Positions 49,191-58,339 of a stretch of DNA of 64,000 nt are shown here, in pieces (the first letter of the stretch is position 1; each line of letters begins with the position of its first letter). Both the position numbers and the translations under genes were made by a program. The stretch comes from Daejeonella sp. Its GTDB lineage: Bacteria; Bacteroidota; Bacteroidia; Sphingobacteriales; Sphingobacteriaceae. The notes beneath the pieces are model-generated. The model saw only the letters and a list, made by a program, of their open reading frames with translations. It was not told the DNA's origin and ran no database searches. Location: contig JBIIRT010000002.1 of NCBI GenBank assembly GCA_044341405.1, forward strand, positions 1,324 to 65,323. Direction: 5' to 3'.

Positions 49191-49825
49191 TAAATACTTG
49201 TATTGCTAATTATTTTAGTTTTTGTTGTAATGGCGTTTTAATTTAATATAAACTTTTTATTTAATATTATAATATATATCATTGAATACTAAATACTTAT
49301 ATTAATAATTTGTTTGGATTAAACTTGCCATAAATAAAAATTTATTCACAAAATTATGCTTAAAGTATGATTTTTTTGAAATTTTAAAATAATTGGTATT
49401 TTCTAGACGCAGCTAAAAATAGGCATTTCTTTTTTTTATGAATTACGATAATTATCAGCTTTCCGGTTGTATTAAAATGCTTTTCATTTTTCTTGTATTT
49501 CAAAGATGAATCGGTGATTTTAAGTAGCGGTTTTTATTCTCAATTTATCTATTAAACAAACTTATATTTTGAAGATATTAAATTGAAGCAATTGCTCTGA
49601 TATTAAATTCTCCCCCCGACTAATAACCTCATTTTTATGTTTTAAAATTGATACCTTTTCGCAAGAATAATTATTCCTGAATAGTACAGTTTAATATTAT
49701 GACTATACCTTAAAATATAAAAAAAGTACATGATAAACTAGCTCAATTTTAAGCCGTTTGGTACTTCACAATTTCATTCATATGACATCGTAAATTATTT
49801 CACTTAGTGTAAAATATCTCCTCCC

Positions 49826-50734
49826 CTACCCGATGGGGGTTTTGAGATTTGGCTTTCTTTTTATATTTTTTAGATAGGGATAAAGGAAGATTGTACCGAG
49901 GACGATTATTGCTCCCGCGTAGAATCCGGGTGTCATTTGCTCCTTCTTGCCGAAGAATATGAACGCGAGTATAATACCATATACCGGTTCTAGATTCGTG
50001 ATAAGAGCAACTCTAAAGGCCGATAATTCTTTCATTACAGCTACTCCTGCAACGTAGGCAAGTGATGTACAAATGGTTCCAAGAATGAATAAAAAGAACA
50101 GATCTGATATGCTGAGTGCTACAGGAGCCTTCAGTCCTTCTGAAATTAATAAATAAATAGAAACCCAGAACCAAGCCCCAATGAGTTCATAGAAGCTTAT
50201 AATGGGCGCAGGGCGATTTTGAATTTGTTTTGAATTTATTATTGAGAATATACTAGCACATAAAGCGCTTAGGAGACCGCAGATTATTCCTGCCGAATAG
50301 CGTGATTCAAACTTAAAAATCATGTAGATTCCTGAGATGATTAGTAAGCCAGTAAAGATTTCAACTCTTGAAATCTTTTGTCTTTTAATTAGGGGTTCTA
50401 ATATCGCTGTAAATAAGGTAAGCGATGAAAGCGTGACCAGAGTAACAGAAACAGTTGATAATTTGATGGATTTAAAAAATAGAATCCAGTGTGCTGCAAC
50501 TATTGCGCCTGTAAAAAACAGTTTAAAGAATGCATCTCTTGATACGCGAATGGTTACTTTTTTATACAATAAATAGCCATATAAACTAATAAATGCGATG
50601 AGTACCCGATACCAAACAAGACTAACTGCATCAATTGTTATTAAAGCCCCAAGTATTCCGGTAAAGCCCCATATAAATACTGTCACATGCAGGATGATCA
50701 GATTTTTACTGACCACAGGTTTTTGAATCGACAT
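49826..50734 (-). CDS. DMT/EamA family transporter
   Basis: About 10 TM helices, IWGFTGILG, NLEPVYGI. Confidence 0.9.
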   Translation of the reverse strand: MSIQKPVVSKNLIILHVTVFIWGFTGILGALITIDAVSLVWYRVLIAFISLYGYLLYKKVTIRVSRDAFFKLFFTGAIVAAHWILFFKSIKLSTVSVTLVTLSSLTLFTAILEPLIKRQKISRVEIFTGLLIISGIYMIFKFESRYSAGIICGLLSALCASIFSIINSKQIQNRPAPIISFYELIGAWFWVSIYLLISEGLKAPVALSISDLFFLFILGTICTSLAYVAGVAVMKELSAFRVALITNLEPVYGIILAFIFFGKKEQMTPGFYAGAIIVLGTIFLYPYLKNIKRKPNLKTPIG

Positions 50735-50740
50735 GATAGT

Positions 50741-51820
50741 TTATTTTGGGGCTTTCATCAATAAATAGATCCCCAGAATTCCAAATACTATATTAGGAAT
50801 TAAAACTGCGATCATGGGAGGTAATCCCCCTTTAAGTGCAAACATACTTGAGAACCTAATAAATAAAATATAGGTGAAACTTAAAAAAATACCAATACCA
50901 AGTGGAAGTCCAACACCCCCACGAACCTTACGTGATGAGAGTGAAACACCCATTAAGGTTAGTACAAAAGCTGAAAATGGATACACATAGCGTTGGTATT
51001 TTTCTAGTTTTAAATCTGACATAACTCCAGTGCCCCGTGTTTCTTCTTTCTTAATTCGATCATTTAACTCTCCCATATTCATCGCCTGGTAAATATTATC
51101 GTAAATTTCAAAGTCATTTGGGCGCATATCTAGGGTTGTATCCATTTGTAAGCCTGCCGACATGCTCTCTTTTAAGCCGTCAATTTTTCGAATGGTATAG
51201 TTTTCAATCTTCCATTTTGTTTTCACTGAGTCCCAAGTAATTCTGTCGGCAACCAGTTTTTCTTTGAGATTCTGACCTGAGAATATTTCCAGCGTAAATT
51301 TGTAACCGGTTTTCAAATTATTATTAAAATTTTCAATGTAAACTAATGTATTCTTATCAATCTGCATGTGTGTATACATCTTTGAATTGTCTGTTTTCGG
51401 ATTTACATATACATTCTCAAAGTCGATTTTCAGCCGGTTAGTTTCAGGAATGATGAATAGATTGAAGATTAGCGTTACAATAAAGATTACTGTTGATGAA
51501 ATAAGGTATGGCCATAAAAATCGCTTAAAACTAACCCCACTGCTTAGAATGGGTACTATTTCGGTCTGATCGGCCATTTTTGCTGTAAAGAAAATAACAG
51601 CAATGAAATTGATTAATGGAGATAGAAAATTTAAATAAAATGGTATAAAACCAACATAATAACTGAAAATGATTTCTTTTAATGGTGCCTGATGTCTCAA
51701 AAAGTCATCAAGTTTTTCAGAAACATCAAAAATCACAATAATCACTGTGAAAATAGTTAGGGTAAAGGCAAATGTCCCCAAATACTTCTTTATTATATAC
51801 CAGTCGATTATTCCAATCAT
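50741..51820 (-). CDS. LptF/LptG family LPS export permease
   Basis: IDWYIIKKYL, EIVPILSSGVSF.R, PFSAFVLTLMGV, PNIVF. Confidence 0.92.
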   Translation of the reverse strand: MIGIIDWYIIKKYLGTFAFTLTIFTVIIVIFDVSEKLDDFLRHQAPLKEIIFSYYVGFIPFYLNFLSPLINFIAVIFFTAKMADQTEIVPILSSGVSFKRFLWPYLISSTVIFIVTLIFNLFIIPETNRLKIDFENVYVNPKTDNSKMYTHMQIDKNTLVYIENFNNNLKTGYKFTLEIFSGQNLKEKLVADRITWDSVKTKWKIENYTIRKIDGLKESMSAGLQMDTTLDMRPNDFEIYDNIYQAMNMGELNDRIKKEETRGTGVMSDLKLEKYQRYVYPFSAFVLTLMGVSLSSRKVRGGVGLPLGIGIFLSFTYILFIRFSSMFALKGGLPPMIAVLIPNIVFGILGIYLLMKAPK

Positions 51821-51823
51821 AGT

Positions 51824-52954
51824 TTATAAGCGCTGTGATAATTGAACTACCATTTTATTTTTCCAATCGTAAAAATCACCTGATATAATTTTTTCCCTGG
51901 CCTCATTCACCAGCCATAAATAAAAATGCAGGTTATGCAAGGTTGCAATTTGTGCTCCAAGTATCTCTTTGGAATGTGCCAGATGTCTAAGATACGCCTT
52001 TGAATAATTTCTGTCAGCAAAAAGATCGCTATCCTCTTCTAAAGCAGAGAAATCGTTCTTCCAGCGTTCATTTTTAATATTTATAATTCCATTTTTGGTG
52101 AATAGCATACCATTTCTGGCATTTCGGGTTGGCATAACACAATCGAACATATCAATTCCCAAGGCAATATTCTCAAGAATATTTACCGGAGTTCCAACTC
52201 CCATGAGGTAGCGTGGTTTGTCTTTTGGAAGTATATCGGTAACGATATCGGTCATTTCGTACATTTCTTCGGCAGGTTCCCCAACTGAAAGTCCACCAAT
52301 AGCATTGCCTTCCCTTTCAAAAGAGGCGATAACTTCTGCTGATTGCTTTCTGAGATCCTTGTAAACCGAACCTTGAACAATAGGAAATAAAGTTTGTTCA
52401 AATCCATAGACTGACTGAGTTGTATCAAAACGTTCACAACAACGTTTAAGCCAGCGATGTGTCATTTCCATCGAACGGCGGGCATAACCATATTCGCATG
52501 GATAGGGTGTACATTCATCAAAAGCCATGATTATATCGGCTCCAATGATCCTTTGAGTATCCATTACGGATTCCGGACTAAAGAGATGTTTAGAGCCATC
52601 AATATGGGATCTGAAAGTCACACCTTCCTCTTTTATTTTGCGTACTCCTGCTAGTGAATATACCTGATATCCGCCGCTATCTGTAAGCAACGGTTTATTC
52701 CAGCCATTGAATTTATGTAATCCTCCCGCTAATTTTAGAGTTTCAAGGCCTGGTCTAAGGTATAAATGATAAGTATTGCCGAGGATAATCTGAGCCTTGA
52801 TATCTTCAGAAAGCTCGTGTTGATGGACTGCCTTAACAGTTCCTGCAGTCCCCACGGGCATAAAAATAGGAGTTTTAATGATCCCATGGGCAGTACTGAT
52901 TTCGCCAGCCCGTGCTTTTGAAAATTTATCTGAAGCCTCTAATTTAAATTTCAT
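51824..52954 (-). CDS. tgt: Queuine tRNA-ribosyltransferase
   Basis: TPIFMPVGT, GNTYHL, TDSGGYQV, AFDEC, GGLSVGE, DCVMPTRNARNG; ATG at 52954. Confidence 0.98.
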   Translation of the reverse strand: MKFKLEASDKFSKARAGEISTAHGIIKTPIFMPVGTAGTVKAVHQHELSEDIKAQIILGNTYHLYLRPGLETLKLAGGLHKFNGWNKPLLTDSGGYQVYSLAGVRKIKEEGVTFRSHIDGSKHLFSPESVMDTQRIIGADIIMAFDECTPYPCEYGYARRSMEMTHRWLKRCCERFDTTQSVYGFEQTLFPIVQGSVYKDLRKQSAEVIASFEREGNAIGGLSVGEPAEEMYEMTDIVTDILPKDKPRYLMGVGTPVNILENIALGIDMFDCVMPTRNARNGMLFTKNGIINIKNERWKNDFSALEEDSDLFADRNYSKAYLRHLAHSKEILGAQIATLHNLHFYLWLVNEAREKIISGDFYDWKNKMVVQLSQRL

Positions 52955-53110
52955 CCAATTGCAAAATATCTGGCGTAAAAATAGCAAAATATAAACTTTG
53001 GCTGCGATGAGGCAGAAATATGCCAGTGTTATTTCTTTTTATTTTATAAAAATGACAATACTTAGCTGAAAAATTAGAAATTTACCCTTGTTTAATGCTA
53101 ATTCTAACGC

Positions 53111-54226
53111 GTGGATCATTTAGTTAATTCTTTATTAATTTCTCTACTATTTTGTTTGGTTCTGCAGTTGTATTACATTCTGGCAGTTCATAGAAAATTA
53201 GCCGTCTATAGAGGTTTGGAAGATGATAATCAGGTTTTAGAACCAATATCTATTATCATATGTGCAAAAAATGAATTGGAGAATCTGAAGCAAAACCTTC
53301 AACCATTTCTTGAACAGGATTACCCTGATTTTGAAATTGTAATTGTCAATGACTGTTCAAATGATGGATCGGAATGGTATTTAAATGATCTTTCCCTTAA
53401 ACATAAGAATCTTAAGGTGGTTACAATTGACGAGCATCCACGTTTTAAGCATGGGAAAAAGTTTGCAGTAACTCTAGGAATAAAGGCTGCTAAAAATGAA
53501 AATCTTGTCTTTACCGATGCTGATTGTCGCCCTGCTTCTAATAATTGGCTTAAATGTATTCAGCGAAATTTTAATGAGGACACCGAAATTGTATTGGCTT
53601 ACTCACCTTATGAAATCAGAGCAGGTATTTTGAATCGATTGATTCGATATGAAACATTCATTACAGCAGTCAACTATCTTTCTTATGCCCTTAAAGGAAT
53701 TCCTTATATGGGAGTTGGAAGAAATATGGCCTACAGGAAGTCTTTATTTTTCAGGGGTAAAGGTTTTGCTTCACACATGCATATTTTGTCGGGTGATGAT
53801 GACCTGTTTGTAAATCAGAATGCTAATAATTCAAATACTAGAATTGAAATTGATTTTGACTCGCATATTTGGTCTGAACCCAAAAAAACACTTTCAAGCT
53901 ATTTTACTCAAAAAATTCGCCATCAGGGTGCAGGTAAGGAATACAAAGGCAGCCATAGAAAAATGTTAAGCATTCAGGCTTTATCAGGTTTCATGTTCTA
54001 TGTTTTTCTAGGTGCTTTAATTTTTATTCAGGTAGATTGGGCGATTATTGCTGCATTTTATTTCACCAGATTATTAGCCCAAATTCTGGTTTATATACCC
54101 GTTCTAAAAAAATTAAAATATTTTGATTTGATTTGGTGGATACCGGTATTTGATTTCATTTATTACATTTATATTGTGCTTTTTAATTTCTTTGCTTTAT
54201 TTATAAAGCGGGTCGAATGGAAATAA
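53111..54226 (+). CDS. GT2 family glycosyltransferase (membrane-bound)
   Basis: SIIICAKNE, VNDCSND, FTDADC, SGDDDLFV, QKIRH (QxxRW-like), flanking TM helices. Confidence 0.92.
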   Translation: MDHLVNSLLISLLFCLVLQLYYILAVHRKLAVYRGLEDDNQVLEPISIIICAKNELENLKQNLQPFLEQDYPDFEIVIVNDCSNDGSEWYLNDLSLKHKNLKVVTIDEHPRFKHGKKFAVTLGIKAAKNENLVFTDADCRPASNNWLKCIQRNFNEDTEIVLAYSPYEIRAGILNRLIRYETFITAVNYLSYALKGIPYMGVGRNMAYRKSLFFRGKGFASHMHILSGDDDLFVNQNANNSNTRIEIDFDSHIWSEPKKTLSSYFTQKIRHQGAGKEYKGSHRKMLSIQALSGFMFYVFLGALIFIQVDWAIIAAFYFTRLLAQILVYIPVLKKLKYFDLIWWIPVFDFIYYIYIVLFNFFALFIKRVEWK

Positions 54227-54615
54227 ATCCTAAATTTCGGCAAATTGGAAAAACTATTGTATGATCATCCTTTGAGCTAAGAATGGAAATCATGGGGTTT
54301 GCGCCGAATTGATGCAGCGTGACACGGTTTCTAAATACTTTATGGCTCTTAAAATGGTCTATAATAAGAATAGTAACAGTCATTTTATGGTTGATACTTT
54401 TGGTAGGGCATTCGGAAATATTGAAAAAATATAAGCTAAAGAATAATGAAGAACTCTTGCCTCAGCGGTAACTAGCTCTGATTAATTTGAGGTAGTATGA
54501 TGAATAATCCTATCAAGAGATGTCGCATCTGCTCCATGTGCATTTATGAACGGTTAAAGCACAAATTTTCCGGTAAGCGGCCTAAATAAAATGAATCGAA
54601 AAAAGAAAAATTTAA
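54217..54615 (+). pseudogene. Decayed ECF-type sigma-70 factor gene
   Basis: Fragments in two frames: MEINPKF (54217); AELMQR..S.YFMALKMV.NK...V.TFG.AF.NIEK (54276-54434, region 2); YDE*SYQEMS..L...L*TVKAQIFR* (about 54496-54576, region 4.2); internal stops, frameshifts and a deletion. Confidence 0.85.
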
Positions 54616-54618
54616 GAA

Positions 54619-55245
54619 GTGACTTCTGATATCATAGTATCATATTTTCCTGATCTGAATCCAAAACAAAAGGAACAGTTCGACCAGTTAGACGATCTAT
54701 ATCGGTTTTGGAATGCCAGAATCAATTTGATTTCACGGAAGGATATTGATATGTTGTACCTTCATCATATTCTGCATTCAATGGCTATTGCAAAAGTAGT
54801 TTCATTTTTACCCGGTGAAAAAATACTTGATGTAGGCACAGGTGGTGGATTCCCTGGAATTCCATTAGCTATATTGTTTCCTGAAACTGATTTTCATCTC
54901 GTTGATTCAATAGGCAAAAAGATTAAAGTAGTTCATGAGGTTGCATCAGGTTGTGGTTTAGAGAATGTTAGGTCTAGCCATGCCAGAGCTGAACAGATTG
55001 ATGGTAAATTCCATTTTGTAGTTTCCAGAGCGGTGACCAGACTTTCTGAATTTTATCCCTGGGTAAAAGGGAAATTTGAGAAAAAGTCTTTAAACACGAT
55101 TCAAAACGGGATTTTATACCTCAAAGGTGGTGATTTGGCTGATGAAATTAAAGAATCAGGGTTAAAAACAGAGTTGATACCTCTATCTAATTTTTTTAAA
55201 GAGGACTATTTTGATTCGAAATTTGTAGTTTACATTCCCCAATAA
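54619..55245 (+). CDS. rsmG: 16S rRNA m7G527 methyltransferase
   Basis: WNARINLISR, LDVGTGGGFPGIP, DSIGKK, VVSRAV, LKGG. Confidence 0.96.
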   Translation: MTSDIIVSYFPDLNPKQKEQFDQLDDLYRFWNARINLISRKDIDMLYLHHILHSMAIAKVVSFLPGEKILDVGTGGGFPGIPLAILFPETDFHLVDSIGKKIKVVHEVASGCGLENVRSSHARAEQIDGKFHFVVSRAVTRLSEFYPWVKGKFEKKSLNTIQNGILYLKGGDLADEIKESGLKTELIPLSNFFKEDYFDSKFVVYIPQ

Positions 55246-55338
55246 AATTTATTTTTTTTGCAAATGAAATCTGGCATCCCCAATGCCACATCATTCGTCA
55301 TTACTGTTTTTTAATCCTTCGTTATTAATTCTGAAAAT

Positions 55339-56436
55339 ATGGCATTGCTTCATCAGTTGGCATTATCGTGTCTGCCGGGAATCGGACCGGTACTTGCAAG
55401 AAATCTTCTAAGCTATTGCGGTGATGCAGAGCATGTGTTTAAAGCAAAACGTAAACATCTTGCACAAATCCCTGGGATAGGTCCTAAAACGCTCGAGCAT
55501 TTAACTAATAATTCTGCATTGAAACGGGCAGAACATGAACTCAAATTTATAGATAAGTTTAAGATAAATGCTTTATTTATTACCGATGAGGAATATCCGA
55601 AACGCCTTAGAAATTGTGCAGATGCGCCAGTAACAATTTATTTTAAAGGAAATGCAAATCTAAATGCAGCAAAAGTTATCAGTATTGTTGGAACCAGAAA
55701 TGCTACTGATTATGGAAAAGAGATTTGCAGAACCTTAATTGACGACTTGAAAGTCCATCAACCTTTAATTATTAGTGGGTTGGCCTATGGCATTGATGCT
55801 GCGGCTCATAAAGAGGCTCTTAAGAACGAAATGTTGAATATTGCGGTGCTTGCTCACGGGCTCGATCGTATTTATCCTGCACAACACAGGGGAATGGCTG
55901 AGAAGATTATGGAGTGTGGCGGACTTATTACCGAATTTATGTCGGAAACAATTCCCGACAGAGAGAATTTCCCAAAACGAAACCGGATTATTGCAGGCTT
56001 GGCAGATTTAACCATAGTGGTGGAAGCTAATATCAAAGGTGGGGCATTAATTACTGCTGATCTTGCCAATTCCTATGATAGGGATGTTTTTGCTTATCCT
56101 GGTAGGATTAATGATGAGTTTAGCAAAGGATGTAATTTTCTGATTAAAACGAACAAAGCAAATTTAATAACTGGAGTAGCTGATCTAGAATATATCATGG
56201 GTTGGAATACTGAAAAGGTATCATCTGTAAAAACTCAATTGAGTTTGCCTATTAATTTAACAGGTGATGAGCAGATTCTTGCAGATATACTTTATGCTAA
56301 TGGCTGTATAGGGGTGGATAAACTTGCTTTTTTAACAGGTTTTAAGCAAAGCAAGCTCGTTATGACCATTTTAGGTATGGAAATGAAGGGATGTATTATT
56401 TCATTACCTGGCAAGGTGTATAAAATGACCCATTAA
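55339..56436 (+). CDS. dprA: DNA-processing protein DprA
   Basis: SIVGTR, ISGLAYGID, FPKRNRIIAG, VVEA..KGGALITA, winged-helix C-terminus. Confidence 0.96.
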   Translation: MALLHQLALSCLPGIGPVLARNLLSYCGDAEHVFKAKRKHLAQIPGIGPKTLEHLTNNSALKRAEHELKFIDKFKINALFITDEEYPKRLRNCADAPVTIYFKGNANLNAAKVISIVGTRNATDYGKEICRTLIDDLKVHQPLIISGLAYGIDAAAHKEALKNEMLNIAVLAHGLDRIYPAQHRGMAEKIMECGGLITEFMSETIPDRENFPKRNRIIAGLADLTIVVEANIKGGALITADLANSYDRDVFAYPGRINDEFSKGCNFLIKTNKANLITGVADLEYIMGWNTEKVSSVKTQLSLPINLTGDEQILADILYANGCIGVDKLAFLTGFKQSKLVMTILGMEMKGCIISLPGKVYKMTH

Positions 56437-56509
56437 ACTGCTTTTGACATAAGCAAAGCTAAAATAAGACGGTAATAATTAATGAGATTGGGCTCTGGTT
56501 AACAATAAT

Positions 56510-56839
56510 TTGTTTTTTGAAAGCAATAACTGTGTGGTTTAGGTCAGTTCATCTCTTTCCTCCGGAGTATTTCCGGCAAGTAATCGTTGTCTATTTCCCT
56601 TTGGTCGGTGTTGTCACCGTACCAAGAACCATCTATCAAATGGTCGGTGATAACACCAACCATAGGGAAGGAACAGTTGCCATTTATAATAGACCCGGGT
56701 GGCAGCTGTAGCTTTTTGCGAGGCAGATTTTTATGTTAAAAAGGAATTTAATGGCAAAAACTACGACAGAATACGGGACTAATGGGACCGAAGAACAACA
56801 GAACCTGCTTTATAAAACAACAGAAAATTTTCAATCTAA
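56510..56839. ncRNA. Unassigned structured non-coding element, copy 2 (homolog of 128-473, inverted)
   Basis: Same conserved blocks as copy 1; 75-nt paired module at 56595-56669. Confidence 0.6.
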
Positions 56840-56871
56840 AACAGCGCAACGAGATTTTATATCGACCCAGC

Positions 56872-57369
56872 TTAATGTTCATTTTTAGGAAAATCATATA
56901 AAATTAATTCACCTGTCCCTTGACTCAGCATTTGCCAGCTTTCAAATGGAAAGGATATCATAGCCATTCCACAGGTTGGAACATTATGAATATGTGATCC
57001 ACACAATTTATTTACCAGATCAGTTATCGAAGGATTATGGCCAAATAATGCAACAAAATCAGTCTTATCGTCTATTCTGTTAATACAATCAAGTAAATTA
57101 ATAGTCAGGGCATCATAAACTTCCATATCCTGGATAATTTCTGATTGGGGAATTTTAAATTCATCTGCAAAATATCGGGCAGTTGAGATCGCGCGTAAGG
57201 CCGGACTACTAAATAGTTTTTGAGGGATTAAATTCTTTTTTTTTAATCTCTTTGCCATTTCCTTAGCATTTTTTTCACCCCGCTCATTCAAAACTCTTTT
57301 AAAGTCCGGTTTTTTAAAATCGGTTTCTTCTGCTTTGGCATGACGAACTATCAGTAATACTTTAGGCAT
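56872..57369 (-). CDS. SixA-like histidine phosphatase
   Basis: LLIVRHAKA, DFKR.L..RG, SSPALRA..TA, GHNP. Confidence 0.9.
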   Translation of the reverse strand: MPKVLLIVRHAKAEETDFKKPDFKRVLNERGEKNAKEMAKRLKKKNLIPQKLFSSPALRAISTARYFADEFKIPQSEIIQDMEVYDALTINLLDCINRIDDKTDFVALFGHNPSITDLVNKLCGSHIHNVPTCGMAMISFPFESWQMLSQGTGELILYDFPKNEH

Positions 57370-58339
57370 TGCTTTCTTTGATTAGTAAACTCAAATCAAT
57401 TAAATTCATACAGTTAAAATGACTTTTCGGACAATTATTAAATCCAATTTTTGAACAAGGGCGGCAACTTAAACCCTTGACCTCAATAATTTTAGAATAA
57501 TTCGCTTTATATGGATACATTCCAAACTCAGGTACAGTATTCCCCCAAACAGATACAATTGGTTTATTGAAAGCTGCAGCAATGTGCATGAGTCCGGTAT
57601 CATGTGAGATAACCTTTTCGGCCTCGCTGATTAAAAAAGCTGATTCATCAAGTTTAAACTTACCACAACCATTAAATACATGATGGCCTGTAGCTTTTAT
57701 AATTTCCTCTCCTCGTTCTTTATCTTCAGGTCCGCCAAGTAAGACCACAGGGCTATTAATTCCCTCACAAAGCTTTATTAACTTTTCAACGGGAAGCCGC
57801 TTGGTGGCATGCTGGGCACCGATAACCAATGCAATGTACGACTGATGCGATTTCGGTAACATATCAGCAAGAGAATAAGACTTTAGCAAAAAATAGTCAA
57901 GCCCCTTATCGTCGTTCTTTACACCAAGGAATTGTACAGTTTGAAGGTATCGATCAACAATATGAACAGGAGGGAGGGTATTCTTTTTTAAGTTGACCAA
58001 AAGCCACTTTTTCAAGTTTAACTTATCAAACGAACTGGAGCTTACTCCCAATTTAGTTTTGATCCATAAGGTTCTCAGATTATGATGTAAATCAATTATA
58101 TAATCAAAGTTTTCTTTTTTTAGTTCCAATAGACAATCTGAAAGAGAATTTTCAAGGTAATGGATTTTATCAAGGTGAGGATTGCCTACCAAAACTGTCT
58201 CAAAAGCCTTCTTACTCAAATAATGAAGTTCAATATCTTCCATCTGTTCTTTGAGGCATCTTATCACCGGACTGGTGAGTACTATGTCTCCGATTGAACT
58301 AAAACGGATGATCAGTATTTTCAGTTTTTTGTTTCTCAA
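57362..58339 (-). CDS. GT9 family glycosyltransferase (heptosyltransferase-like)
   Basis: IIRFSSIGDIVL, DLHHN.R, HDTGLMHIAAA. Confidence 0.92.
   Translation of the reverse strand: MRNKKLKILIIRFSSIGDIVLTSPVIRCLKEQMEDIELHYLSKKAFETVLVGNPHLDKIHYLENSLSDCLLELKKENFDYIIDLHHNLRTLWIKTKLGVSSSSFDKLNLKKWLLVNLKKNTLPPVHIVDRYLQTVQFLGVKNDDKGLDYFLLKSYSLADMLPKSHQSYIALVIGAQHATKRLPVEKLIKLCEGINSPVVLLGGPEDKERGEEIIKATGHHVFNGCGKFKLDESAFLISEAEKVISHDTGLMHIAAAFNKPIVSVWGNTVPEFGMYPYKANYSKIIEVKGLSCRPCSKIGFNNCPKSHFNCMNLIDLSLLIKESNA

Noticed and set aside
51824-52954. Possible altered (queuine-salvage or eukaryote-like) specificity of Tgt
   Set aside because: AFDEC and GGLSVGE retain the Cys and Val typical of bacterial preQ1-inserting Tgt
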